Source: an uncultured Pseudomonadales bacterium (GTDB lineage: Bacteria; Patescibacteriota; Microgenomatia; UBA1400; PJMF01). Taken from it: a stretch of DNA of 64,000 bases. Location: the NCBI GenBank assembly GCA_964588685.1, contig CAZPQG010000002.1, forward strand, positions 35,481 through 99,480, given 5' to 3'. Both the position numbers and the translations under genes were made by a program. Shown piece by piece: positions 11,237-21,388 of the stretch. Position 1 is the first letter of the stretch. Every line of letters starts with the position of its first letter. The notes beneath the pieces were generated by a model that searched no databases, was not told where the DNA came from, and saw nothing but the letters and a program-made list of their open reading frames with translations.

Positions 11237-12316
11237 TTACTTTTTATTTTTCGCTAATTTAAAAACTAATCCTGAAGCAAACAGGACTGTGGTTAAAGAC
11301 GATCCTCCATAAGAAAACAGCGGTAACGGCAAACCTGTTAACGGAACCAAAGCTACGATTGAAGCTAAATTTAAAATAGTTTGAACAGCAATCCAAGTTA
11401 AAACGCCAATCAATAAAAGCTGTTCAAATGACTGCGATTTTTGCCTAATTGCAGTTTGATAGATCAAATAAAACCAATAACTAAAAGCAGTAATAATAAT
11501 CATCGAACCAATAAAACCTATTTCTTCTGCCACAATGGAAAAAATTGAATCACTGCTGACTTCAGGAATAAAGGCGTATTTTTGTTGCGAATTACCTAAA
11601 CCTCGACCAAGCCAGCCGCCGCTGCCTAATGCCAAGGTGATCTGTCTAATTTGAAAACTAGCGCCCAACGGATCTGTTTGGGGATTGAAAAATGTTTGTA
11701 TTCTCCTAAGCCGATAAGGAGAAAGAGCTACTACAATTACTAATGCCAAGCCCGTCACGGCGCCAATAGGCAATATTTTCTTGATATCTCCGCCGGCTGT
11801 AAAAAAAATACTGGCAGCAATTGTTAATAAAACTAACAATGAGCCTATGTCAGGCTGTAATAAAAGGATTAAAGAGGGGAGAGCAGTTAAAAAGATAAAA
11901 GGTGTTATTTTTTGATGATCGCTCATCCAGTTAGCAAAAAATATAGCTAATCCCAGTTTGAACAATTCCACCGGTTGGAAAGAGGTAAAGCCCAGATCCA
12001 GCCAACGTCGGGCAGCATTAACTTCTACTCCAATAGCAGGAACCAAAGTTAAGGCTAACAAAATTAAAAAAAGAATGTATAACGGAAAGCTCAATTTTGA
12101 CCAGATTTTAAGAGGCATGAAATAAGCAATAAAAAAACCCAGCACCCCGATCACAAACCAAATTAATTGCCGCACAATAAAATAATATTGATGGCCGTAC
12201 AGTGTAAAGCTTTCAACAGTTGAAGCTTCAAAAACAAAAAATAAGCCAACCAAAGACAAAAGCGTGAGTACAAAAATAAATTTACCGGCGAGAGAAGTTT
12301 TAAAGACGTTGGGCAT
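11237..12316 (-). CDS. ftsW: SEDS peptidoglycan polymerase FtsW
   Basis: Multi-TM protein with PLTGLPLPLFSYGGSS signature, located between mraY and murG. Confidence 0.8.
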   Translation of the reverse strand: MPNVFKTSLAGKFIFVLTLLSLVGLFFVFEASTVESFTLYGHQYYFIVRQLIWFVIGVLGFFIAYFMPLKIWSKLSFPLYILFLILLALTLVPAIGVEVNAARRWLDLGFTSFQPVELFKLGLAIFFANWMSDHQKITPFIFLTALPSLILLLQPDIGSLLVLLTIAASIFFTAGGDIKKILPIGAVTGLALVIVVALSPYRLRRIQTFFNPQTDPLGASFQIRQITLALGSGGWLGRGLGNSQQKYAFIPEVSSDSIFSIVAEEIGFIGSMIIITAFSYWFYLIYQTAIRQKSQSFEQLLLIGVLTWIAVQTILNLASIVALVPLTGLPLPLFSYGGSSLTTVLFASGLVFKLAKNKK

Positions 12317-12419
12317 GATGCGCCATAAATTTATTAATAAGTGATGGCAATAATGTTTGAATTTAATTTATTTTTAATAACAGTTTGAGTTCAGTCAAGC
12401 AAAATTAAACAAAAGCCAA

Positions 12420-13466
12420 CTAGATTACAGCCAACCAGACTCCAAATAAAGTGAGCATAATCTGAACTAACCATGCTCTTTGGACAATTTTAGGCTCTTC
12501 CCAGCCATAAGACTGTAAAGATAAATGAAAAGGAGCAGCAACAAACACTTTTTTATTTTTAAACTTTTTTGCCAGCAATTGAATTAAAGAGCTGGAAGCT
12601 TCAAACACAAAAATAAAGCCAATAATTAATAATGCCACAATCTTGCCTAATAATAACCCTACCACTGCCAAAGTAGCTCCAAAAGCTAACGAACCAACAT
12701 CGCCCAACATAATCCTAGCCGGATAAACATTAAAATAAAGAAAGGAAATTAAAGCCCCAATCCATAAAGCTAAAAATACTGATAAAGTTAAATCCAAAAT
12801 AGAAGCAGACAATATCCATAAACCAAACAATGAAATCATTAATATTCCGCTAGCTAAACCATCTAAGCCGTCAGTAATATTAACAGCATTGGCAAAAGCC
12901 ACGATCACAAACGCAGCAAAAGGAATATACAGCCAACCTAATTCAAAGATGCCGACAAAAGGAATGTTAAGGAATGAGATACCTAAATTTAGATACAGCA
13001 TTAAAGCAATAATTACAGCCAGAACAATCTGAATAACTAGTTTAAACCTCATTTTTAAACCAAAAAATCCGGTCTGATCAAAAGCAAAAAATTTTTTAAT
13101 GTCATCATATAAACCTAACAAGGCAAATGACAAGAAAGTAAAGAATAAGACATTAACTTCTGACTCAAAACATTCATATGCACTAAACAATTCCACCCCA
13201 ATTAAATTGAGAATGGGAATTAATAAGGCAAACAATAAAGAGATAATTAAAACAAGCAGCAAGCCGCCGCCAATAGGCGTGCCGTCTTTATCTTTGTGAT
13301 AATAATTAAAAACAGTTGTTTTTTCACCAAAAGCATCGGTAGCTTTATCTTGTTTTTTTCGTTGAAAGTGAAACTTATAAAGAACATTAATAAAAGGAAC
13401 TATCAGGATACTGACTACAATAAAAGAAAAAATGAGTAATCCCAAAGAAAGCGCTAGAGTGTTCAT
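12420..13466 (-). CDS. mraY: Phospho-N-acetylmuramoyl-pentapeptide transferase
   Basis: NAVNITDGLDGLA motif and multi-TM MraY/WecA family topology. Confidence 0.85.
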   Translation of the reverse strand: MNTLALSLGLLIFSFIVVSILIVPFINVLYKFHFQRKKQDKATDAFGEKTTVFNYYHKDKDGTPIGGGLLLVLIISLLFALLIPILNLIGVELFSAYECFESEVNVLFFTFLSFALLGLYDDIKKFFAFDQTGFFGLKMRFKLVIQIVLAVIIALMLYLNLGISFLNIPFVGIFELGWLYIPFAAFVIVAFANAVNITDGLDGLASGILMISLFGLWILSASILDLTLSVFLALWIGALISFLYFNVYPARIMLGDVGSLAFGATLAVVGLLLGKIVALLIIGFIFVFEASSSLIQLLAKKFKNKKVFVAAPFHLSLQSYGWEEPKIVQRAWLVQIMLTLFGVWLAVI

Positions 13467-13549
13467 GTTAATAACATATTATTTATTATTTTTTTTAACG
13501 AAAATTTTACCCGCCCGCGGTCTATTTCAACTGCCTTTACATCATTATT

Positions 13550-14926
13550 TTAAGCCGCCCTTGCTCTCTCGATATTAGCCCCCAGTGATCTAAGCTTAAC
13601 ATCAATCTGTTCATAACCACGATCAATTTGATTAACATCCGTCAAAATTGTTTGGCCCTGTCCGCTGATAGCAGCCAATAATATTGTGGCACCGGCCCTA
13701 AGATCGCAGACTTTGAATTTACCGCCGGTAAACTGAGTTGGACCGCTGATTTTAATGGCATGAATATCACTTTCTTTTCTATCTTTCCAATTAAAATTAT
13801 ATATTTTTTCCGGATAAGGTACATCCAGTTCGATTGGCTTAATGTCAGCGCCCATTTTGTTTAAATGTTCAATATATTGGAAACGATTTTGCATCACCGT
13901 TTCATGAACAATACTATCCCCCTCAGCTTGAGAAATTAAAGTAGTCCACAACGGCTGCCAATCAGTCATAAATCCGGGATGTATGCCGGTAGCAACATCA
14001 GTGGCGCGTAATTTGTCCTGATAAAAAAATCTTGCACCGTAATTACCCGCCTCGAAACCTCCTCCTGCTTCCTCCAGTTTATCAATAAAAGCCGTAAAAT
14101 CTTGACACTGCGCGTTCTCAATAATAACATCGCCTTTAGTGGCCACGGCTGCACAGGCATAACTCACAGCTTCATTCCGGTCAGGCATTACTTGGTGAAT
14201 AGCCCCATGCAGCTGTGATACTCCTTCTATTTCAATCACTCTATTAGCCCGTCTTCTCACGCGGGCTCCCATTTCATTTAAAAATAAAATTAAATCATCA
14301 ATTTCCGGCTCTTGAGCGGCATTCTCCAAAATTGTTGTTCCCTCAGCTAAAACGGCAGCCATAATTAGTGTCTCGGTACCGGTATGAGTATTTTTTGCAA
14401 AACGATAATTAGCGCCGATTAATTGGTCTGTTTCCAGATGTAAAAACCCATCATGATATTCATAATCCACTCCTAATTTTTTTAAACCGGCTAAATGCCT
14501 GTCTAAGGGACGGACTCCTATTTGATCACCACCGGGTAGAGGTAGTTTGGCTTTACTAAATTTTGCTAATAACGGACCGATAAACAAAGTAGAAGCTCTT
14601 GATAATGGGCCGTATTCATTAGCAATTTCAAATTGATCAATTCCCCGGGGATCAAGAAACAGCATTTTAGGACCTGCTTCCCACACCTTGCCTCCTAATT
14701 TTTTAATAACATCAGCTACTAAATAAACGTCTTCAATATCAGGCAAGTTCAACAGACAGCTTTTACTATCTGCCATCAGAGAAGCAATCATTAATTTATA
14801 AGAAGCATTTTTAGCTCCACCCAACCTCACTACGCCGCTTAAAGGAGTGCCGCCCTGGATAACGAGCTTAGTTTGATTTAACTTGTTTTCCGGTGAGCCA
14901 TTATTACTAAAATTCATAGAATTCAT
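13550..14926 (-). CDS. murA: UDP-N-acetylglucosamine 1-carboxyvinyltransferase; active-site Cys replaced by Asp
   Basis: LGGAKNASYKLMIASL and EPT fold. The position of E. coli Cys115 reads PGGDQIGVRPLD. Confidence 0.85.
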   Translation of the reverse strand: MNSMNFSNNGSPENKLNQTKLVIQGGTPLSGVVRLGGAKNASYKLMIASLMADSKSCLLNLPDIEDVYLVADVIKKLGGKVWEAGPKMLFLDPRGIDQFEIANEYGPLSRASTLFIGPLLAKFSKAKLPLPGGDQIGVRPLDRHLAGLKKLGVDYEYHDGFLHLETDQLIGANYRFAKNTHTGTETLIMAAVLAEGTTILENAAQEPEIDDLILFLNEMGARVRRRANRVIEIEGVSQLHGAIHQVMPDRNEAVSYACAAVATKGDVIIENAQCQDFTAFIDKLEEAGGGFEAGNYGARFFYQDKLRATDVATGIHPGFMTDWQPLWTTLISQAEGDSIVHETVMQNRFQYIEHLNKMGADIKPIELDVPYPEKIYNFNWKDRKESDIHAIKISGPTQFTGGKFKVCDLRAGATILLAAISGQGQTILTDVNQIDRGYEQIDVKLRSLGANIERARAA

Positions 14927-15134
14927 AGCATGTTAATTTAAACTTAAATACTTATCGCAATAAATTATCTTAATAAATACAATAAATTATTAATCCTGAT
15001 TATACTTTGCAGCTTGTTTCGCTAACTACAGCTTTGCTTACTCCTGAGAGTAGTAGTGCTTTTATTGTACTATAGATTGTTTTAATAGCTAGCAGATTGT
15101 CCTATTTTTTTTATTTTTGATTGTAAAACAAATA

Positions 15135-15176
15135 TTGTTATTGATGTTAATTAATTGTTATTGATGCTAATTACCT
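15135..15176. repeat. Two tandem copies of a ~20-nt motif ATTGTTATTGATGYTAATTA between murB stop and murA start
   Basis: Direct reading of ...attgttattgatgttaattaattgttattgatgctaatta... Confidence 0.5.
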
Positions 15177-15180
15177 GAAT

Positions 15181-16176
15181 TTAATCAATCCAAAATACTT
15201 CCTCTTCCAGCTCAAGATTATATTTATTTTTCACTTCAGTCTTAACTTTGACAATCAACTGCTTAACATCCTTGGCTGTACCGCCGTTAGTATTAATCAT
15301 AAAATTAGCATGTTGTTTGCTGATTTGGATAGAACCTTCTGTCATACCTTTTAATCCGGCTTGATCAATAATCAATCCAACTGAAACATAATCTTTATCT
15401 TTAAATTGAGGCAATAACTGTTTTAAACGATTATTGTTGGGTACATTCTTAAAAATACAACCACTCGAAGGCATCCCTAGTGGCTGCGTTTTCATGCGGT
15501 GCAGAGTGTATTTCCTCATTAATTCTTCAGCAGCTTGGGCAGTTTCTTTTTGCAAAACAATAATTGCCCGCATAATTACTTCTTTAGTATTATGAAATCG
15601 AGTGTAATCATAAGCAAAATCACATTCCTCGCGATCCAGCCAAATTACTTCACCTGCGTGATTAATAATTTCTACTTTAAAAACACAGTCGCTAATCAAA
15701 AAATCTTGATAATGAGCATTGTTGTAAATCGCTCCTCCTAAAGTACCGGGGACACCTACTAATGGTTCCAAACCACTTAAGCCTCGGCTGACAGTTTGTT
15801 TCACCACTGAAGATAAATTGGCTCCGCTATCTATTTGTAAAACATAATTGCCATTGGCATTATTGACTATTTTAAAATCGTTGTGTCTCGCTAAAATTAC
15901 CAAACCTGAAACGCCTTCATCAGCTATAATGACATTGCTAGCTTCCCCTAAAATTGTAAATTTCAAATCTTGCTGATAACAAAATTTAACTAAATTAAAT
16001 AAATCTTGACGGGTCTTTGTTTTAACTAAGACTTCTGCCGGACCTCCAATTTTGAAGTGAGCAATTTTAGCCAACGGAACTTTTACTTTAAACTTTAAAT
16101 CAGAAAACTGATGTTTAAGCTGTCTTAAAATCTCATTAGTAATAGTTGACATAATGCTCGATAAATTTCTTGTCAA
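15181..16176 (-). CDS. murB: UDP-N-acetylenolpyruvoylglucosamine reductase
   Basis: FAD-binding FKIGGPAE start and MurB C-terminal domain pattern. Confidence 0.8.
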   Translation of the reverse strand: MTRNLSSIMSTITNEILRQLKHQFSDLKFKVKVPLAKIAHFKIGGPAEVLVKTKTRQDLFNLVKFCYQQDLKFTILGEASNVIIADEGVSGLVILARHNDFKIVNNANGNYVLQIDSGANLSSVVKQTVSRGLSGLEPLVGVPGTLGGAIYNNAHYQDFLISDCVFKVEIINHAGEVIWLDREECDFAYDYTRFHNTKEVIMRAIIVLQKETAQAAEELMRKYTLHRMKTQPLGMPSSGCIFKNVPNNNRLKQLLPQFKDKDYVSVGLIIDQAGLKGMTEGSIQISKQHANFMINTNGGTAKDVKQLIVKVKTEVKNKYNLELEEEVFWID

Positions 16177-16245
16177 TAAATTTTAAAATATCGTTCTCTT
16201 GCTGCTGATCAATAAATTAATTTCTTTAGCTGTTTATCAGGAAAA

Positions 16246-16821
16246 CTAGTATGCGGCTGAACGAATCATACCCACGGATTCAGAGGGCCAATATCTGAAA
16301 AAGGCTTTGCCGACAATCATAGATTGAGTAATAGGCCCCCAAACTCTTGAGTCGCTGGAATGATTTCTATTATCGCCCATAACAAAATATTCATCTGCAG
16401 CTAAAGTTACAGCTTCGTCATCAATAAATTGGCCCGGGTTGGTTTTTGTATCCGCTGGTAAATACTTTTCTTCCAAAACAGCGGAGTTAACAAATACTTG
16501 ACGGGATTTAATTTCAATTCTTTCGCCGGGTAAAGCGATGACCCGTTTTATAAAATCACAGCCTGTACCTACCGGGCAATTTGCTTCAGGAGGAGCTTTA
16601 AAAACGATAACATCTCCTCGCTCCGGTTGTTTAAAAGAATAACTGATTTTATCTGTCAAAACATAATCACCGCTGTGAAAATTTGGCTCCATAGATTGAC
16701 CGTTAACCTGGTGTGGTTGGAGCAAAAAAATATAAACAATTAAAAAAATTGAGAGGGCAATTACCAGCGTTTCAAAAACATCAAGAATAAAGGCGGCAAT
16801 TTTTCTAAAAAAATTTGGCAT
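16246..16821 (-). CDS. lepB: Signal peptidase I
   Basis: N-terminal TM, catalytic Ser box GQSMEPNF, and VMGDNRNHSSDSR box. Confidence 0.8.
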   Translation of the reverse strand: MPNFFRKIAAFILDVFETLVIALSIFLIVYIFLLQPHQVNGQSMEPNFHSGDYVLTDKISYSFKQPERGDVIVFKAPPEANCPVGTGCDFIKRVIALPGERIEIKSRQVFVNSAVLEEKYLPADTKTNPGQFIDDEAVTLAADEYFVMGDNRNHSSDSRVWGPITQSMIVGKAFFRYWPSESVGMIRSAAY

Positions 16822-16969
16822 AATTGAATGATAATAAGTTTTAATCTAGAATACAATGCACGTTTTGATAAAATTTAATCTATTAACTAGTATATCAGCA
16901 GCACTGCTTATTCCAATAAATTCCAATAAAAATTTCTACAAAAAATTTGACAAATTAAATTTAATTTAA

Positions 16970-18193
16970 ATGAATTATACAAAAAAAATCATCGCAGGAT
17001 TTTCTTGGGAAACCGTATTGAAACTTTCTACTTATGGTTTAACTTTAATTAAAATTTATTTTTTAGCTAGAATTCTTGATCCGGCTGATTTTGGTTTATT
17101 TTCTCTAGCCCTAATTGCACTGGGGATCAGTGAATCTATGACCCAAACTGGGATTAATCTCACTATGATTCAATCAAAATTATCAGTTGAATATTTCTTG
17201 GATACTGCCTGGGTTATCTCCATTATCAGAGGTTTTCTTATCGGCATTATTATGCTTATTGTCGGCTATGGAATGAACTTTTTCTATCAAGAACCAGCCT
17301 TATTAACGTTAATAGCCTTAGCTACTTTAATTCCCGTAATTAAAGGCTTTATTAATCCTTTTGTTGTGGTACTGCATAAAAAAATGTTTTATTGGCAAGA
17401 TACACTTTACCGCATAAGCGTGTTTTTGATACAAACCATCTTTGCCATTATTTTAGGTGCTTTAACTAAATCAGCTCATGGTTTAATCCTTGGCTTTATC
17501 ACAGCTGCCGTGTTTGAAACCGTTATCTCTTTTTTAGTTTTTAAAAAACATCCAATTTTTAAATATACCAGTTCCAGAGCCAAAATCATTTTTGATAATG
17601 CCAAGTGGTTAAGCATAGGGTCGCTGCTCAATTATTTAGTGGAAAATATTGATGACTTTTTAATTGGTGCTATCACCAGCACACATTTGTTAGGTATCTA
17701 TCATAATGCCTACAGCCTTACTCATAAATTTAGCTACGAAGTAGCTAAATCAACACACTATGGCACCATCCCTGTTTACACTAAAATTATTCAACAAAAA
17801 GATAAATTAAAAAAAACTTTTACCAAATCATTTTTAGCTACAATCGGTTTAGCATTAGCTGTTTCTATTCCGCTTTATATTTTTAATGAACCGATTATCA
17901 CCATTCTATTAGGAGAAAAATGGCTTGAAGCAATTCCTTTAGTCAGACCGCTGGTTGCAGCTGGAGTTATTCAAACAATTTCAATGACTAGTTATACCAT
18001 GATGCTGGCTAGTAAAAAATATAAAATTATGAACTTGCACTTATTGCTTTCGCTGCTCTTAATGATTTTATTCATTATAGTTCTCGGACGGCGACAAGGA
18101 TTAATCGGAGCAATTTACGGCATAGTGTGGTCTCGAGCCTTAACAACACCGATTATTATTTATTATTTTTGGCATTTTTTTAAAAAAAATTGA
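16970..18193 (+). CDS. PST-family (Wzx-like) lipid-linked oligosaccharide flippase
   Basis: N-terminal LARILDPADFGLFSLALIAL matches the polysaccharide-biosynthesis (PST/MOP) consensus; about 12 predicted TM segments. Confidence 0.55.
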   Translation: MNYTKKIIAGFSWETVLKLSTYGLTLIKIYFLARILDPADFGLFSLALIALGISESMTQTGINLTMIQSKLSVEYFLDTAWVISIIRGFLIGIIMLIVGYGMNFFYQEPALLTLIALATLIPVIKGFINPFVVVLHKKMFYWQDTLYRISVFLIQTIFAIILGALTKSAHGLILGFITAAVFETVISFLVFKKHPIFKYTSSRAKIIFDNAKWLSIGSLLNYLVENIDDFLIGAITSTHLLGIYHNAYSLTHKFSYEVAKSTHYGTIPVYTKIIQQKDKLKKTFTKSFLATIGLALAVSIPLYIFNEPIITILLGEKWLEAIPLVRPLVAAGVIQTISMTSYTMMLASKKYKIMNLHLLLSLLLMILFIIVLGRRQGLIGAIYGIVWSRALTTPIIIYYFWHFFKKN

Positions 18194-18288
18194 CTTTTTG
18201 TGCAGATATCTGTCTACCATTTCGCTTAGCATCATTTAATTAAAATTAGTTAGCAAGTAAAATTGATTGGTTTTATAAAAAACTAGAA

Positions 18289-19521
18289 TTGGTTGCTTTT
18301 ATAAATTTAAGACACAATAATATTTATATGTCATTAAAATTTAGCAAAACTATTTCTTTAAACTTTCCATTGTTACTGCTGTTTATTAGCTACTGCTTAG
18401 TTAGCCTAGGCCAGCTGCAGCGAATTCAACTCAGTCATCAGGTGGCATTTTACGCTCATGATGTTTTTATTAGTTTTTTTGTGCTAGTTTTGATAATTTC
18501 CTCGGGTAAATCTTTATTCAAATTTTTAAAAAAGAAACTAGCGACCAACGCCGCTTGGCGCTGGCTGGCTCTTTTTTTAGCCTGGTCTTTATTGAGCCTT
18601 ATCATTAATCAGCTGCATTTAGGCTTAAACTATCTACCTTGGCTTTATTGGTTGAGACTATCCGTCTATCTCAGTGCAGCCATCGTCATGGCTTATCTGA
18701 AGACAAATCGGAAGCAAACTCAACAATGGTTTGCTATTTTTTATTTACTGATATTTGCTCTTTTTATTTTACTGGGGTTTGTACAGTATTTGCTGATTCC
18801 TGATTTAAGATTCTTAAGCGATCAAGGCTGGGACGTACATTATTTTAGGTTTGCCGGAACTTTGCTGGACCCTAATTTTTTAGGTCTGATTATTATTAAC
18901 GGCTTATTAGTGTGGCTTTTTAAACTTGCCCCCAATGACAACTGGAGATTGGGAGGTGGAGTTATTTTGATTTTATCCTTGTTGCTAACCTATTCTCGCA
19001 GCAGCTACGGAACGTTTCTTTTAATAACCGGTATTTATCTTTTTTTATCATATCGATCACAAATTACAAAGAAAATAAAAAAGTCCTTGCTGATATTAAC
19101 CGGTATTTTTGTTATTCTGATACCTTTTTTGCCGAAACCGGGTGGATCAGGGGTAAATCTTGTCAGAACCGAAACTATCAGCAGTAGAGCAGAAGTGAAT
19201 CGGTCAGTGCTTGAATCTATTCAAGCGGTAGACTTAATATTAGGCAGAGGCTTATTTATCTCAACAATTAATTTGGATGTAGTTGATAAAATCGTGCATG
19301 CAAATTTTCCCGACAATCTTTTTGTGTTTATTTTAATCAGCGCCGGCATACCGGGTTTAATTTTATTTTGCAAATTTCTTTACCAAGCCTTTATAAAATT
19401 GTTAAGCTCAGATGGCTTGCATTTTTTATTACTAGCTGCTGTTTTAGTCCACTCAATGTTTAATTTGAGTTTAGTGGAACCAATAAATTTACTAGTACTG
19501 CTGTTGGTGCTGCAAATTTGA
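18289..19521 (+). CDS. Wzy_C / O-antigen ligase-like polytopic membrane protein
   Basis: 410 aa with about 10-12 TM segments and a central loop with a YSRSSYG-type motif; adjacent to the Wzx-like gene. Confidence 0.4.
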   Translation: MVAFINLRHNNIYMSLKFSKTISLNFPLLLLFISYCLVSLGQLQRIQLSHQVAFYAHDVFISFFVLVLIISSGKSLFKFLKKKLATNAAWRWLALFLAWSLLSLIINQLHLGLNYLPWLYWLRLSVYLSAAIVMAYLKTNRKQTQQWFAIFYLLIFALFILLGFVQYLLIPDLRFLSDQGWDVHYFRFAGTLLDPNFLGLIIINGLLVWLFKLAPNDNWRLGGGVILILSLLLTYSRSSYGTFLLITGIYLFLSYRSQITKKIKKSLLILTGIFVILIPFLPKPGGSGVNLVRTETISSRAEVNRSVLESIQAVDLILGRGLFISTINLDVVDKIVHANFPDNLFVFILISAGIPGLILFCKFLYQAFIKLLSSDGLHFLLLAAVLVHSMFNLSLVEPINLLVLLLVLQI

Positions 19522-19594
19522 AGAAAAAAAATAAAAAAAATGAGTTGGCAAGCAAGTTATACCAGTTTGGAAATTTTAGCGAGCTGTAAAATTC

Positions 19595-20311
19595 TTAGCG
19601 GCGATAATAAACTGTTATTTCTGTTTCATTTTCGTTGCCTGCTTGGTCCAGAACTCTAATTTCAATAGTATTTTCGCCGCTACTTAACTGAAATCTGGTG
19701 GAAAAAACACCGTCACTGTCAGCATAAGTTAAACGATTATTAACATAAACTTTTGATTTAGGTTCTGTTGTACCTTCTATTTGAATAACCTCATCTTTTT
19801 TTAAATCAAACTCCGCCTCATCTTCGGGAAAATCAATCTCTATTTCCGGGGGTTCTTTATCAAGCGTTACAAAAAACTGTTGATGTTGGGATTTATTACC
19901 CTGTGAATCAATACTAAACAAGCTAACGATATTTTCACCCGAAGACAAGTGAACAATTACCTCAAACTGATCAGAGTCATCTACTGCCACTGTATCTTGA
20001 ACTTGATTATTTACTTCCAGCCTAATTTTAGATTCACTTTCCCCATAGCCGCTTAGTTGCAGCTTATCTTGATTGGTAAACTCCGGTGGAGCAGAAACTA
20101 TAGGCGGCTGCGGCGGAATGGTGTCAGCTTGATGTATGTCCGTTTGCTTGTCTAAAATATCAAAAAAAAGCCTAACTCCGCTAGGCAAAATTATCAACAA
20201 AAATAATAAGCCGACAATGATTGAGAGTAGAATTAAAACAATGGTTTGCTTAGTTAATTCTTTTTTTTGTTTTTTTGCTAGTCTGGAAGTGACGCGTTTT
20301 GCCATTGCCAT
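19595..20311 (-). CDS. Membrane-anchored surface protein with two Ig-like/beta-sandwich repeats
   Basis: N-terminal TM, Pro-rich stalk, then two ~60-aa repeats sharing a V(N)N..D..FS..LSSGENI pattern. Confidence 0.4.
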   Translation of the reverse strand: MAMAKRVTSRLAKKQKKELTKQTIVLILLSIIVGLLFLLIILPSGVRLFFDILDKQTDIHQADTIPPQPPIVSAPPEFTNQDKLQLSGYGESESKIRLEVNNQVQDTVAVDDSDQFEVIVHLSSGENIVSLFSIDSQGNKSQHQQFFVTLDKEPPEIEIDFPEDEAEFDLKKDEVIQIEGTTEPKSKVYVNNRLTYADSDGVFSTRFQLSSGENTIEIRVLDQAGNENETEITVYYRR

Positions 20312-20463
20312 ATAAATAGTAAATTAACTTGTTGATCAATTATAGTAATTATACTAAATTAAAATTAAATTTAGAAATCATTACTTAATTTTTGACCATC
20401 TCTTATTTTTCTAAGCGCTAATATTAATAATTAAAAATTCAAATTTAATTTTTTAATACCTTG

Positions 20464-20536
20464 AGCCAGGAATGGGAGTTGAACCCATGACCTACGGTTT
20501 ACGATACCGGCGCTCTACCAGCTGAGCTATCCTGGC
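20464..20536 (-). tRNA. tRNA-Thr (anticodon CGT)
   Basis: Reverse complement GCCAGGATAGCTCAGCTGGTAGAGCG...ATCGTAA...GGTTCAACTCCCATTCCTGGC folds as a cloverleaf with a CGT anticodon. Confidence 0.8.
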
Positions 20537-20618
20537 ATAATATTATCATCAAACTCAATTGAGTATTTTTAATTTTAGCAGGAATTTTCAACAGATAGTA
20601 GAGGAAGGGCAAAAAATT

Positions 20619-21272
20619 CTAAAGCCTATTAATTATTTCATTAATTTGTTGAGGTTTATCAATTAAAAAATCAGGCTCAGCTTGATTTAAGAGAGTACGG
20701 CTCTCAATGCCCCAGCTGACTGCAATAATCTTAACACCAATCTTTTTACAAGCTTCTACATCCCTGGTCTCATCACCAATATAAATCGCCTGTTGCTTTG
20801 TTAACTTTTGTTTCTTTAAAAATGAGGCTATGGTTTTATCTTTACCAAATAAATTTTTACTAGATTGAATAAATTTAAAAACATTACTTTTATTTTGTTT
20901 CAAAAATGTTGTTACATTTTGTACTGAATTGGAAGTTAGAATACTTTGCCCCACCTCTTTTTGTGCAAAATCTTTAATTACCGCTTGCATGCCCGGCTGC
21001 CAATTGAGCTGATCAATTCTTTTACCAAATTCTTGCTGTATTTGCTTGATAAAATTAGGGAGTTTAAAAACTGACAACTCATATTCTTTTATTAATTGGG
21101 CGGTATTTTTTTGCAGCAAATCTTTTTTAATTTGTTCGGAGGAGACTTGATCATAGCCATACTCAGCTTTTAACTGATTAAAAATTTGAGTCATTATTGG
21201 AAGACTGTCAACCAGTGTGCCGTCAAAGTCATAAATGAGTGCTGGTGAGTTAGATGTGGCTTGTGATTTCAT
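20619..21272 (-). CDS. HAD-IA family phosphatase (phosphoglycolate phosphatase-like)
   Basis: YDFDGTLVDS motif I and GDETRD motif IV. Confidence 0.7.
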   Translation of the reverse strand: MKSQATSNSPALIYDFDGTLVDSLPIMTQIFNQLKAEYGYDQVSSEQIKKDLLQKNTAQLIKEYELSVFKLPNFIKQIQQEFGKRIDQLNWQPGMQAVIKDFAQKEVGQSILTSNSVQNVTTFLKQNKSNVFKFIQSSKNLFGKDKTIASFLKKQKLTKQQAIYIGDETRDVEACKKIGVKIIAVSWGIESRTLLNQAEPDFLIDKPQQINEIINRL

Positions 21273-21299
21273 ATTTATTATGAAGATTCGTATTTATTG

Positions 21300-21370
21300 A
21301 GCGGGATACGGGAATCGAACCCGTTTTTTTACCTTGGGAAGGTAATGTTGAACCGATCAACTAATCCCGC
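21300..21370 (-). tRNA. tRNA-Gly (anticodon CCC)
   Basis: Reverse complement GCGGGAT...TTACCTTCCCAAGGTAA...CGGGTTCGATTCCCGTATCCCGC with U73 discriminator. Confidence 0.75.
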
Positions 21371-21388
21371 AGACCAGTCGATAAAAAA

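Noticed and set aside
15135-15176. Possible CRISPR array because of tandem direct repeats
   Set aside because: Only two copies of a 20-nt AT-rich unit with no spacers; no cas genes anywhere in the window. Same reasoning for the 9133..9180 repeat.
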